Shown here one piece after another: positions 18,401-26,151 of a stretch of 64,000 bases of DNA. The position numbers were made by a program, and so were the translations under genes. The notes beneath the pieces were generated by a model. It had not been told where the DNA came from and did not search any database. It worked only from the letters and a program-made list of their open reading frames with translations. The stretch is from Candidatus Gastranaerophilales bacterium (GTDB taxonomy: Bacteria; Cyanobacteriota; Vampirovibrionia; Gastranaerophilales; Gastranaerophilaceae): the NCBI GenBank assembly GCA_944326535.1, contig CALVEJ010000102.1:1231-65230 (forward strand), read 5' to 3'. The stretch's first letter is position 1; each line of letters starts with the position of its first letter.

Positions 18401-20520
18401 GGAACAGAAGTATTTTCTGTTAAAGGAGAAGCAGAAGAAATGGTACTTGTTGTAGTCTTAGAAGTATCAGCAGTTGTTCCTTGCGCTACTGAAGAAGCAT
18501 TAACGGTCGAAGTACCAGGGGCAACAGGAGAAATTCTTGAGGTGTTAGCTGTATTTCTATTGGCCGTAGTCTTATCTGACACATTTTTGTTACGGTCAAA
18601 CAATAAATTCAGCCCTCTCTGGATAGTAGAGTTTTTAGAAGAAAATCCTCTTAACTGAACTTGATCTCCCTTGGGTCGCTTAAAAAATTCTTTCTTAGCA
18701 CGATCAAGATTGGTTGTAGCCAAGGAAGAGAAATACTGCGCTTCACCTAATAATTCAGTCTCATCAAGAGGTGTACCAGATTTGTGATTAGCACGTTGAG
18801 TTGTAATCATGTCGTGCAAGAACCATTGAACACCTCGTTCAAATTCATTCAGAGACTTTAAAGTATTTTCTTTTGTCTTCTTGAGTTCAGCCTTACCGTC
18901 GTCAGGGGTAGCTGAAACAATTTCTTTGTCTCTTTGAATCTGATCCAAGATGTTGACTGCATCATCTGAAGTAATTGCATATCCATTGTTATTGGGTCTT
19001 CTCTTGAAGATGGCTTCGTTATAACCGGGAAGGTCTCCAATGATCGCAGTTAAGTTTCTATCCTGTGTGCTCCCCTGCACGATAGGAGGCATGGTATTTC
19101 CAGCCGCTTCAACAGCACGCTGTGCGGCATCAACAGAAGCTGTAGCTCTTTGTTCAATCTTACCGATGCTGTTGGATCTTGAATCCCAAGCACGTCGAGC
19201 AACACCGGCAATACCGCTACCAACTTCTCCGATGGCATCAATAGCAGATTGAGGAGCCATTTGAAGACCTGTAACACCGAGACCGCCAACAAGACCTTCA
19301 GCCGCACTTTGACCAAGATCTTCAACAACATTCTTACGAGCATCAAGGAAGTCTTTAGTCGCAACGTTCTGGTGATATTGAGTAGCACCTTCGGTGATGG
19401 TTTCTTCCAGTGGTTCAGTAAGACCTTCGCCAAGACGTTGTGTCCAGCGTCCGCTACGTTCAAATGGTTTAGCCAATTTGGCTGTCATAGCGCCTGTAAT
19501 GGCGGCTGTAGCAGCTGTACGAATACCAGCCTGTTCAGCGGCGGCAAAAGCCATGTCTCTTCTGGCTTGCTCTTGCGCCTGTGGTTGAGGAATACCTTGC
19601 TTCATTAACTCTGTAACACGAGAGTTAAATTCAGGGGAATGATCTATCAAGGTAGTGATAGGCGTACTAAGCCCTTCTTGGAGTTGTTGTGCATAAGCAC
19701 CACCACCTTCAACAGCACCTGATGCCGCCATCCAAGGAGCGCTCTTAGCAAGATATTGTGTAAATTTATTGGAAGCATCGGCAACATCAACAGCCGTATC
19801 AACTGCATCCGGAACAGTCTTAGCCGCAACAGCCTTTAAGCCTTTAGCCGCTGCACCAATACCGGCAGAAGCAATCCAAGACGGAACCATGGAACCAAGA
19901 GCTTGAGATCCCATGTTAAGAAGCATTCCGCCGTCTTCCAGAATATTGCCTGCCCCACCAAAGAAGTTTCGGGCAATATGACGAGCATTAGCTACAACTT
20001 CAGAAGTGCCATTAGCAAGATCCTCTCTACGCTGACGATCTGTTCTATTCTTTAATGCTTGCTGTCTGGCAGCATAGGCTCGCTTTTGAGCATCCTGTGC
20101 AGAAGAAGCCCAACTATCGGCTCCTTCATAAATAGCTTGCGAACCACTGGATAACCATTCAGCGAGTTCTTTAGATTTTTCACTACCGAGCGCACCACCA
20201 ACACCTGCAAGACCGGCGAAGAGATCGACTGTACCGCCAAAAGCACCGGCACCAAGATTGATCATGGAATCTTGAATTGCTTCTCCAAGAGAACGAGCAG
20301 CTGCTGCTCCTTCAGCGGAAGCTTGCTTACCTAAAGCTGCGGCTTGCTGTGTATAGGCATTAAAAAGAGCATCTCCATACTTCTCTCTAAAAGTAATTGG
20401 AGAATTTTTATATTCTTCATTCATCTGCTCTTCAGTAGCAGTGACATCTTCGCCAACACCAGCGGTAAAAAGAGGATTCTCTGTATAAATATTTGTATTA
20501 GGCATAAAACAAAAAGCCAT
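9445..20520 (-). CDS. Virion-encapsidated RNA polymerase (N4 gp50-like giant protein, 3,691 aa)
   Basis: T7-family motif A-like LEIDGKSDG (Asp about residue 1547, nt 15880-15882). Motif B-like R-ELS-K-VLTTIIP-YGS has the R-x3-K-x7-YG spacing. Candidate motif C is GDAS or VFDG at about residues 1970-1995. It has an Ala/Gly-rich N-terminus and hydrophobic C-terminal segments. Its size and position (last gene of the late block) match N4 gp50. An alternative start is the ATG at 20505. Confidence 0.9.
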   Translation of the reverse strand: MAFCFMPNTNIYTENPLFTAGVGEDVTATEEQMNEEYKNSPITFREKYGDALFNAYTQQAAALGKQASAEGAAAARSLGEAIQDSMINLGAGAFGGTVDLFAGLAGVGGALGSEKSKELAEWLSSGSQAIYEGADSWASSAQDAQKRAYAARQQALKNRTDRQRREDLANGTSEVVANARHIARNFFGGAGNILEDGGMLLNMGSQALGSMVPSWIASAGIGAAAKGLKAVAAKTVPDAVDTAVDVADASNKFTQYLAKSAPWMAASGAVEGGGAYAQQLQEGLSTPITTLIDHSPEFNSRVTELMKQGIPQPQAQEQARRDMAFAAAEQAGIRTAATAAITGAMTAKLAKPFERSGRWTQRLGEGLTEPLEETITEGATQYHQNVATKDFLDARKNVVEDLGQSAAEGLVGGLGVTGLQMAPQSAIDAIGEVGSGIAGVARRAWDSRSNSIGKIEQRATASVDAAQRAVEAAGNTMPPIVQGSTQDRNLTAIIGDLPGYNEAIFKRRPNNNGYAITSDDAVNILDQIQRDKEIVSATPDDGKAELKKTKENTLKSLNEFERGVQWFLHDMITTQRANHKSGTPLDETELLGEAQYFSSLATTNLDRAKKEFFKRPKGDQVQLRGFSSKNSTIQRGLNLLFDRNKNVSDKTTANRNTANTSRISPVAPGTSTVNASSVAQGTTADTSKTTTSTISSASPLTENTSVPLNQENKSIATESSEETSTAEPTTEQSQFSAQTSNNPISITEVAGFTDKDFDAVGFTESFEQVASEEIKANPEQEAGLASDGSKAFSYRKNGDIYIERNGKTFKVPKEIANTLLNQNASTEDSTAAQQRINKALARSTGDVFNVKLSDNRVAPVEVNNGIIYGNGVNIPLTEDERDTYNWEGTTQEEKRDIVRQALERGLGFAPTRHAETLDPTLLEKQGYFWDSTDRQAKPYAPANVIQRFKEVMGEFLSSLIVPVKRPLLLWDAESPVQALRDFIKDPNNVKNLFRENKFTNSAIITEKLYTREEVDKKGKRIRRKHSPLDQNTDSFFNGKVSSPDEEINYLMKHGSLADQIMGMTNPKGTFAPFFYSNFSLEFDEDTPQAVKDFFEKTNSKILEKFKKNIPEICLLASIQSLARLGDIPHMLNETEMQRYGYDPETLWAALGENILSQVIEPMATQTIMTSIRKMLGVAISNDATEKEYSEILGFLALRTARALINQGALHVRDFPIKMDDGTESGESIKGVSVDKAYKDLFRAKGDILEALLDPNYKNTWSDRAFEAVPYMLHINARLRPAAVANIRRENMVEGRVDRPLFNLFRIAGHPADYEERNVAPYAPFLGIGGANDSNRGLYNGNTYESEMGRQINARLAFEQLEEIAIVGEATNRNVEDVPVFYDNAAVRSGRVMQIGAATPQGNKILRVAISYADNPNINLKDENVLSDWKLALAQSLGAKVSDKSVKESLKQADAFIEHVKSLLKTEDFADFYQMIQGVAPELRKKGNEYIAYDEIVQQVMDAANKQDIGLQVNDIYGINGLVEVVRYLNASEVDHGNFHSNLTLEIDGKSDGPSNINTFLGSSMGAFTRRWAKTSYKTGNFYGVNATTQGASTADSLASKVLGTGGNDLHSEVAKEAIPEKIKLRMMNAINTLKGKKTAAEKAQAKHFLTVLHHIIEIYRLRGKVSFNPIKLTYSAASGKTEVLTASLAKTSDPLTFDRELSKVLTTIIPYGSAVTGSSRNLVDQLLTDIYQNISNDLKDIAYGRSKKTVNEELKLLKELFRFAYNKRTGAFSVRDSIPASEVKHLVPNYPAPEAIDSEAESQGGMIGHYDKEEHEFIEEDSIRNFTVTPSGIDHLTELFIPVFGEPAHSAVTEVLGEDAMRGAQLIATVSEILTIVSQGVQTEELNKAGGDFRNLTQKALYKVQQTINRFSPRYDFPSGVTAFVRKENYITNQNTLVKDSKTGLSIYPSHSKIISSGVSGSPLTVQAMGDASTIMYFMSALAREGLKGAKKVFDGVYVPPGYLETMATLLNESSSLGQKQLAFKVVENTLVRVGKDLKKRYKNLENLDPIEAVTVSVANFLSGSTLSGDVRSGDKTEQTESYKRLHASIQDFFSPKAFIDDMNILRKEARGGRIHSRDYKTNDKDIKAQLTYDLRNLFDELATVVLNEEIQHETLNRIPKAIQHMSGPEVAYLEKNPISVSKAEKLLAKYNALPGVKAFADFEDMMVGFLNRLAREEVIPEIVKKYKLTDQQVEKLNRLTGRNEGNSGYFELTDDGIYKELKDLFEVTEKEPFFSQNKSPALQEVDRDIIKNAFDTLGKNKTPEGVYRSLYNKIQAILPENTRVFFAGSKNNLPAKVRNKFTNPKQKAIYVQENGESRIYILDESTIYDARQPEIAELIAHEATHAAVGYMLHMYYNGSDSLTNEQKSAIQNLERLLEDFMNEDAWQGKTPAPQIVRLREILSGIKDPAERMDEAIAYICTNGRLMNAIAERQLKDGEQHRKRFWDLVKQVVTAAQKAWKKLIRIVTNSPTDKALSFDQAYREHFADPVDFLTYWGTNTLILVNAEQQINPDDRLKRRSVTKNIVRAGTSLEPGKGFFRKSDFFKALRNITRSRVLFDTVSQKGIYWGKNLSQQKVGQAYKEELAKILSYRELILSHAKNFLENPEDFADAVVAFMTRGIMTQKDEYLLFRMQQELMDKLNEYSFISDPIAATKEELDDSVAIYKLLDGSSTFYERLPNELPDSFNPEAKESAIFLALALTQNSVSNAIGKVQINEPTKKQLKITDPLESLGNLSDEILTKWTKELADNKTISDSLKVVLEEGEQLAKGTDIDLDTKNFFKSVDRILAEGIAGLTSLFNKDFGENLREMFKTINDYPILGYFQTTETIRKGLNQFQSTKVASLVKDIYGRTPSLTDVEVSFKRVKGYLDRWRKDTLEEDPELLKKQFKNHKITTHLKRFLHRTILRTGIHTLDEKVAQKVLTNESELDLEIDRVGNQIKELSSEYGDLYIQKCRQLANYLTGNRQAGHNLLTSPEAISRLLGETSVAMVEAPEGIVPLLGQMISLLSIKNFTEGDRSFMQDLFKTDKDAMLSMIRQYKEVMEAEERKVAQTKNKYYPYNYLFGWMPKGASATGRLVYATRDQVKFYEKQGYTNLGRYQNSNIDPSEPVFRMYCKHPLEQEYQEGLFQGINQTSKGMLHKNLSRNEMEGTIVQDSSLYEDIYKNFDKEATGNGLIPIYDDEGFVIGYERSVMPEDRALIEDGVDFFSAMAQMKTRQDRELAALDINKQAVKMAWDTYNNAPEDYKKNFIDVTRLEDPNIKKALARLDWGTKQEIKKYFGDHLYLLADEVNTYLGYPRPKLTDLWDNSFFFPENMQKQMVKCLEAVLGKQALYKVGRAEEVLNIVVSYARDTIVIRSGVVPLVNALSNTLLLWLVFGMPLPMIAKYYTDAVVFTNRYNRLVKKHRELLFKANNATDPKVKASYQEQAKKIDKEIRHLPIYRLIKEGEYSTISAEGAEYEGANYAKAVIDEKFNAMLDTLGKGDQIKTAVSNILMTKNSMTYQTMNEIVNMSDWAAKCAGYWYLTEHSNKFSPVPIDHSIARNLVSTLFVDYDQLAGRARDWLNRTGLTWFLTYKYRMIAASLMVMHLNPSRTIMGTIMESVLPTNLLGGTPLSENLLSKILSGDISYSLTWDMMFRGLLMHPAALFFGLLLV

Positions 20521-20537
20521 TAAACATGTTTAATGGC
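20506..20537 (-). terminator. Hairpin plus T-run overlapping the first ATG of the vRNAP gene (terminator/attenuator)
   Basis: 10-bp palindrome GCCATTAAAC/GTTTAATGGC (20516-20537), followed on the minus strand by TTTTTGTTTT. Confidence 0.5.
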
Positions 20538-20571
20538 TTAATTCTAAAAGGTTTTATGGGATATTGTTAGT

Positions 20572-21822
20572 TTACTTATTCTTTCCTTGCATCTGAGTCT
20601 GAGGCAAATATTCCATATAGTTTTCAATTTGTCTAAGAGTTGTACCAAGCGAAGCAAGATTTCTAGTCTCTTTAGCCGCTCTAGCAGTCATAATTTCTTG
20701 GATGTCTTCTGGACTAAGTTCTCCTATCTTTTCCATAAGAATAGAATCATTCACAGCCTTTTTCATTGCAGAAATTGCTGAGGAAGGAGCACTACTATTT
20801 GCCTCTAAGTTAGCCCAAAGAGGTGTTAAGATAGACGACATTGTTGCTAAATTATTAGCGCCAGGAGTATATTCTCTCAGCTGCTTTTCAAGCATACTAA
20901 TGTCAGTCTTGCTTGGATCACTTCTAAATGGAACATAAGACAACAGCGCATTTTCAAGTCCTCTCCTGATTAATCCAGGAATGAGGTACATATTTAAGTT
21001 TTCATTGTTGGCGGTATCCAGCAGTCTACGATAGATCCCATTGATGTAGTTACTAAATTCATCTGCCGATTCTCCCTCATATCCTCTATCTTTAATGGTT
21101 TGTGATAACCAAGACTGGAAGTTTTCTTCAGGAGAAGTAGTAAGATCTTTAGAGGTCAACCCATAGAAAGCTAAAGTATTATCAAATCTTCTCTTGCTTT
21201 CTTGTGCTTTGACGATATCAGTAAGAAGAGATTGCGCTTCTGACTGAACAGAATCAACATTTGCACTTGAGTAGTTGCCTAAGAGGTTTACCTCTCCATT
21301 GAGAGCTCCTGCGATTAATTTATAAGCATCGGGATTTGCCTCAACTCTGGCTTTATTATCTCTCCACCATATAGGAGCAGATTCAGGACCGTATTGATTA
21401 ATGTATCGTTGGAACTCAGCGAACAAGGTATTAGCTTGATCTTGACGATTCAAACGAAAGATTCTATCTGCTTCTTTTGCTTGTTCACGCTCTTCCACAG
21501 ATTGATCAATCAATGAAGATCTGATTTTATCTGCTCTATTTTGAAAGTCTTCACTACCGGTAATTCTTGCTTCCAAACCCTTAATTGCTTCTGTAGGATC
21601 CTGCCCAGCTTCTCTTCTACGATAGAAAGCATCAATCGTATTGTTGAGTGCTTCTTGTTCCTGAGCTTGAATATATCTGTCATAGTTAGAATCAAGAATC
21701 TTTCTAACCTCTTCCCAAGGATTATGAAGAGCTTGGTTAGACAAAACATCAAGAAGATTCTTACCAGCAGGTTGTGATTGATCGGTTACCTGACCGATCT
21801 CTGTAGGCATGATCATCGGCAT
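20572..21822 (-). CDS. Virion/internal protein (N4 gp51-like by position)
   Basis: ORF track entry. The call rests on synteny only. Confidence 0.6.
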   Translation of the reverse strand: MPMIMPTEIGQVTDQSQPAGKNLLDVLSNQALHNPWEEVRKILDSNYDRYIQAQEQEALNNTIDAFYRRREAGQDPTEAIKGLEARITGSEDFQNRADKIRSSLIDQSVEEREQAKEADRIFRLNRQDQANTLFAEFQRYINQYGPESAPIWWRDNKARVEANPDAYKLIAGALNGEVNLLGNYSSANVDSVQSEAQSLLTDIVKAQESKRRFDNTLAFYGLTSKDLTTSPEENFQSWLSQTIKDRGYEGESADEFSNYINGIYRRLLDTANNENLNMYLIPGLIRRGLENALLSYVPFRSDPSKTDISMLEKQLREYTPGANNLATMSSILTPLWANLEANSSAPSSAISAMKKAVNDSILMEKIGELSPEDIQEIMTARAAKETRNLASLGTTLRQIENYMEYLPQTQMQGKNK

Positions 21823-21823
21823 A

Positions 21824-22414
21824 TTACTTACCTGCTAAAACGTTGTACTTTTCAAGAGCATTCTTCTGGCTATTGAATGCACCATTCAAGCCGATGTTGC
21901 TGGCAGCATTGTTGAGCTGTTCAACAGCAGCATTAAGGTTCTGAGCTCTCTCAGCACCTGCATTGGGATTGAAAGCATTCAACCCTTCGAGCTGGAACAA
22001 AGACTGATTAAGGAAATTTGTCCCTTGGTTCATGAAGTTGGACTGAGACATGCTCTTAGAGAAGGCAAATTGCTTTCTAGCCTCTTCAAGCTGATCTTCC
22101 CATTGCTTGTTCTGATTCCAAAGACCAAGAAGACCAAGACCTGCATTAAGACCAATCTGCGCAGGAGTGGTAGCGTTCTCTCCTTGACCGATGGTTTTGA
22201 ACCAGAAGGATGGTTCTTCTTGAGGATTAGCTGCTGAAGTTCCAGTACCATCTGATCCGCCAAAGCCAAAGAAATTAAGGATACCGTTTCCTATAGAACT
22301 AAGATTTGCGCCAATGTTATCCCACCAATTAGGACCCTCACCATTAGCGTTTAATCCGCTCATGGTATAAGCATTATCAAGATTAATTCCGCCGTTAGAA
22401 TTGTAATAAGCCAT
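21824..22414 (-). CDS. Virion protein (N4 gp52-like by position), Gly/Asn/Ala-rich
   Basis: ORF track entry. The call rests on synteny only. Confidence 0.6.
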   Translation of the reverse strand: MAYYNSNGGINLDNAYTMSGLNANGEGPNWWDNIGANLSSIGNGILNFFGFGGSDGTGTSAANPQEEPSFWFKTIGQGENATTPAQIGLNAGLGLLGLWNQNKQWEDQLEEARKQFAFSKSMSQSNFMNQGTNFLNQSLFQLEGLNAFNPNAGAERAQNLNAAVEQLNNAASNIGLNGAFNSQKNALEKYNVLAGK

Positions 22415-22448
22415 AAATCTATTCCGTATAAGTACCTATATTATATTT

Positions 22449-25295
22449 TTAAGCTGTAAACGAGACAAACTCCTTGTTGTAGTGAAGTTCATCAGGAGTG
22501 AATCCTTGCAAGGTAAGCTTGCTTTCCGTGAATGTTGGAACACTCTGGATCACTGAATCACAGAAGGAAGAACCAGAAGCAGTAGTGATAGACAAGAAGT
22601 CATCAGGAGTCATGCCAATCATCATGTCTGGGAACTGCATCAACATACGCCCCAAGTTGCTCTGGATCTTACATACAAACTCTGCTGTAGTAACAGAATC
22701 TTGTTGAGCATTTAAGATCATCAAGAGATTATTGGCTGTAGCCATTCTATTGTTGAACTCTTGATAATCATTCTCCAGGTTCTGCATCTTTTTCATATTG
22801 ATCTGATCAACAGCAGCACCTAAGAGTTTGGTATATGTAAAGGGATTTTCAAGAACTTCTACCTTAAAGAGATCTCCAAGATCTAAATTCTCAAAGGCTT
22901 TTTCAAGGCTAAATTCTCCAGGGCTCTTTAATCCTGCTCCTTCTGATTTAACCTCTATAAGTCCTATGTCTTTAAGGAAGTCTCCTGCAATTTCCATTGC
23001 TCCTGCGGCAAGACCTCCTACAGCACCTGCTTTGAGAGCATCTCCAAAATCTCCTCCTTTGGCAAAGGATGAACCAAAGGAAGTAATGAACCCTTGAGCC
23101 ATAGCGCCTGCAACGGTTCCAGCTGAAGCGCTGACAGCTGATCCAACTGATGCACCAACACCTGCCATTGCACCGGCAATCAAACCGCCCTTCAAGGCAT
23201 CGGAAAGGCTTCCACCGGCATTCAGGATCTCAGCCGCCGTAATTGTGAAGACGATACCTGCCGCAATAAGAGTACCGAATACAGGAATGCAGGCAACGAT
23301 ACGGCAGATAACTGCAACAATGATTGTCTTAAAGATGTTGTAGAGAGCCGTACCAAGAGCTTCACCAAAGACAAGTTGGAATGTCTTGAGCGCCAGTTCC
23401 AACAGTTTTGCTGTAGTGAAGATGGTAAACAGTGTGGCTGATATGGCAAAGATCAGGCCGTCAAGTATCGGTACGATTGGAGCAAGAACCATACCGAGGA
23501 AGCTGACGAACATTCCCATAAAGCCATCTTGGTACCACTTGATCTTCTTTTTGACCCAGCAGTTAAAGATCAAATACAGGGAGCCATAGGCGATATCCAG
23601 CTGAGTAACAGCACCACATTCCATGAATGTTGACCATTCCAAAGGAACGATCATGGTGTTATTGAAGTCTCCTTGGGCTGTAATGTATTGAAGAGTGAAT
23701 TGATGATATTCACCCGGAGCAGAAGGAAAGTCGTATTGAAAGTTATGTGTAATGCTCTTTACTTCAGCAGCATCCACATGAGCTGCATGAGCGTCGATGT
23801 AAATAGACTTTCCGTGGTAAACAAGATTTCTTTCACCCAAGTCTACAAAGACAACGAATCTCCAACGATTTTGGGATCTCTGATTGCAGAAGAAGGTTAA
23901 GTTGTAGTCAATCTCATGCCATACCGTTTCCATAACAACATGGCATTCGTCTTCGTTACAGCTGACAATGACATTGCCTTCACTGTCTCTCTTTGGTTCC
24001 TGAGTAGACCACCTATGTGTAAAGGCACCGGATAAAACTCCGTAATCACCCGGTTTGGCATCAGGTTTGAACTGTCCGTTGGCTTCAAAATAATCCGATC
24101 CGCCCCATTGGTAAGTAAGATTCAGATTGGAACTTGGACAGTTGATAACGAAACTTCGATAGAACTGAGAAGCAGAAGAACTGTTATAAAACCTTGTGAA
24201 CACATCGGTAAAGAAGTTACCCATGTAGTTCTGTCCGGCACTCAGATCCTTAGGAATGAATCTTTCGTCTGTTGCTCCTTGGCTCAGAGCAAAGTTTGTA
24301 TGGAGATTAAAGAAGAACTCATAAAGATACTTGGTATCAGCAGGCCAAGTGGATCCAATGGCAACACCAAGAATCAGAGTGATGTAGTCCACATCTCCCA
24401 TGCTTCCTGATGTCATGCCTTCTACAAGCATTTCTTGCAGACGTACGTAAGCAGGATCTTCTTCTTTTCTACCAAAGACTTCCAAGTAATCTAGAGCCGC
24501 AGAGATCTTATCTGCCGCATCTCCACCATACCAAGAAGTATTGGTTCTGATCGGGACTACCGGAAAGAAGGTATAAGCTCCTTGGATCCCGTTGTTTCTA
24601 ATGATGGTATCCAGAGCTGAGTTACCCGTACCTTCTTGGTAGTGGTAATAACCGTATTTGTAGTTGATGGTAACGACTGTAGTACTCTCTCCTCCTTCTT
24701 CTTCAGGAGGAGTGATTTCTTCTGTCTCAAACACATATGAGTAGCTGATTTCCAAGAATCGAGTACTCATTGAGTACTGAGGAAGAGAACCTTGAATGGT
24801 TCTGCCGTCAGACCATTTGGCTACGATAGTATGATCATCCGGGTATTCGAGTTCGTAGTCAATGTCTGAATCCTGATAGACCCAGTGAGCCTTACCTTGT
24901 TGTGTAGCCAGGTACTTGATCCAGAAGTCTTCTGAGAAGAACGCTAAATTTGATGAATAAACAGTAAGAGATGCTCCTTCGGGAATGGAAACCACATCCT
25001 TAATGGCATCTCTTACTTCATTATTGTTTATTCGAGCGTCTCCATAGAATACCCCGTTCATGGTGCCGAAGGTATCGGAGTACTTATTCTTTCCCCACCA
25101 ACGAAGAAAACCACGATAGTTCTGAAGTTTAGAAATATCGTAGTAGTTTCGCATATATTCCGAATATTCAATACTTGAGTTGGCTGTGTAGTCCAACATA
25201 GCCGACTCGTATTGATTGACTCTCTTCTTTGGATCAAAGATCGGAAAGTTTGATGACGAAACGTAGTACTTCGTCTTAGAGGAAAAGAAACCCAT
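22449..25295 (-). CDS. Large virion protein with a hydrophobic/Gly-Ala-rich C-terminal third (N4 gp53-like by position)
   Basis: 948 aa with several predicted TM helices (..LGMVLAPIVPILDGLIFAISATLFTIF.., ..IVAVICRIVACIPVFGTLIAAGIVF..). The call is by synteny. Confidence 0.65.
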   Translation of the reverse strand: MGFFSSKTKYYVSSSNFPIFDPKKRVNQYESAMLDYTANSSIEYSEYMRNYYDISKLQNYRGFLRWWGKNKYSDTFGTMNGVFYGDARINNNEVRDAIKDVVSIPEGASLTVYSSNLAFFSEDFWIKYLATQQGKAHWVYQDSDIDYELEYPDDHTIVAKWSDGRTIQGSLPQYSMSTRFLEISYSYVFETEEITPPEEEGGESTTVVTINYKYGYYHYQEGTGNSALDTIIRNNGIQGAYTFFPVVPIRTNTSWYGGDAADKISAALDYLEVFGRKEEDPAYVRLQEMLVEGMTSGSMGDVDYITLILGVAIGSTWPADTKYLYEFFFNLHTNFALSQGATDERFIPKDLSAGQNYMGNFFTDVFTRFYNSSSASQFYRSFVINCPSSNLNLTYQWGGSDYFEANGQFKPDAKPGDYGVLSGAFTHRWSTQEPKRDSEGNVIVSCNEDECHVVMETVWHEIDYNLTFFCNQRSQNRWRFVVFVDLGERNLVYHGKSIYIDAHAAHVDAAEVKSITHNFQYDFPSAPGEYHQFTLQYITAQGDFNNTMIVPLEWSTFMECGAVTQLDIAYGSLYLIFNCWVKKKIKWYQDGFMGMFVSFLGMVLAPIVPILDGLIFAISATLFTIFTTAKLLELALKTFQLVFGEALGTALYNIFKTIIVAVICRIVACIPVFGTLIAAGIVFTITAAEILNAGGSLSDALKGGLIAGAMAGVGASVGSAVSASAGTVAGAMAQGFITSFGSSFAKGGDFGDALKAGAVGGLAAGAMEIAGDFLKDIGLIEVKSEGAGLKSPGEFSLEKAFENLDLGDLFKVEVLENPFTYTKLLGAAVDQINMKKMQNLENDYQEFNNRMATANNLLMILNAQQDSVTTAEFVCKIQSNLGRMLMQFPDMMIGMTPDDFLSITTASGSSFCDSVIQSVPTFTESKLTLQGFTPDELHYNKEFVSFTA

Positions 25296-26149
25296 TAGAC
25301 GTTATTCTTCAAAGAAGTCTGAAGATTGGTGATAGCCGTATTGATACCGGCGGCATCCAAGCCTGTACCGTCAACCGTAGCCGTACTCATTGAAAGCTGT
25401 GTAGCAAAGGAGTCTGCAAAGATCTTGGCTCCCTTGATAACATGGTCATTCTTAAAGGCTTGAACCTGTTGCTTTAACAACTTATTCTGGTTCCCTGTAT
25501 AACCTTCAACCGGAGTCGTACCGTCAAGACGAGTATCAGAAACCTGAGCATGAGCTTGTTCTGTCTGCTCGACCAGCAGTTCTTTCTGTTGAATCTGAAC
25601 ATCTGTTTGAGCTTCCACCAATCCGGTTTGCTGAATCGTAAGATCAGTTTGCTTATCTGTAGCACCAAGTTTGATAACTTCGGTAGCGTACTGAGCTTTT
25701 ACAAGATTAGCTTGAGACTGAGCAATGGCAAGCTTTACCTTGGCTGTGTAGGCATCAATATTCGAAGCAAGAGCTTTAGCCTGAGTGCCCAGAGCGGCGT
25801 AATAAGCATTGTCTTTACCAAGCAGGAACTGAACAGCTTGCTGTAAAGCTTCCTGCATCATGGCAATGTAAGCCTTGGTGTATTCAGCCCCTGTAATTCG
25901 ACCGGCTTCATATTCTTCCTTGAGGTGAACCTTCAAGGCTGTCATGATCTGGTCAAAACAGCCTTCACCATCTACCTTACGTTCAGTAAGAAGGCCAATA
26001 GTTAATTGGTCAGGTACGCGCTGAAGAGCATCAGCAAGCCCAGGAGGAATAGAGAAGGCAGGATCATCAAAATCCACACTAGGGACAGTAAAGTCCAAGC
26101 CTTTTGTGATGTTCTCAAGGATTTGAAGGGAATTTTCATCAATCGTCAT
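25295..26149 (-). CDS. Virion protein (N4 gp54-like by position), coiled-coil rich
   Basis: ORF track entry. The call rests on synteny only. Confidence 0.6.
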   Translation of the reverse strand: MTIDENSLQILENITKGLDFTVPSVDFDDPAFSIPPGLADALQRVPDQLTIGLLTERKVDGEGCFDQIMTALKVHLKEEYEAGRITGAEYTKAYIAMMQEALQQAVQFLLGKDNAYYAALGTQAKALASNIDAYTAKVKLAIAQSQANLVKAQYATEVIKLGATDKQTDLTIQQTGLVEAQTDVQIQQKELLVEQTEQAHAQVSDTRLDGTTPVEGYTGNQNKLLKQQVQAFKNDHVIKGAKIFADSFATQLSMSTATVDGTGLDAAGINTAITNLQTSLKNNV

Positions 26150-26151
26150 GG

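Noticed and set aside
9445-20520. First impression that the window is a crAss-like phage, with the giant ORF being a DPBB-type (QDE-1-like) virion RNAP. I looked for DxDxD motifs and found DKDFD in the low-complexity linker and DIDLD further C-terminal.
   Set aside because: The giant ORF carries T7-family motifs instead (LEIDGKSDG and R-x3-K-x7-YGS). The gene order is vRNAP, five virion proteins, MCP, scaffold, portal, GH108 lysin, fibres, TerL. A second T7-like RNAP is present. All of this fits N4-like phages. The DxDxD strings lie in non-conserved-looking contexts.
9445-20520. About 30 ORFs of 60-225 aa on both strands inside the vRNAP gene (for example 17746-18423, 17257-17730, 19050-19463).
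   Set aside because: All are nested in a single uninterrupted 3,691-codon frame with recognisable polymerase motifs. They have no SDs and their composition is typical of off-frame translation.
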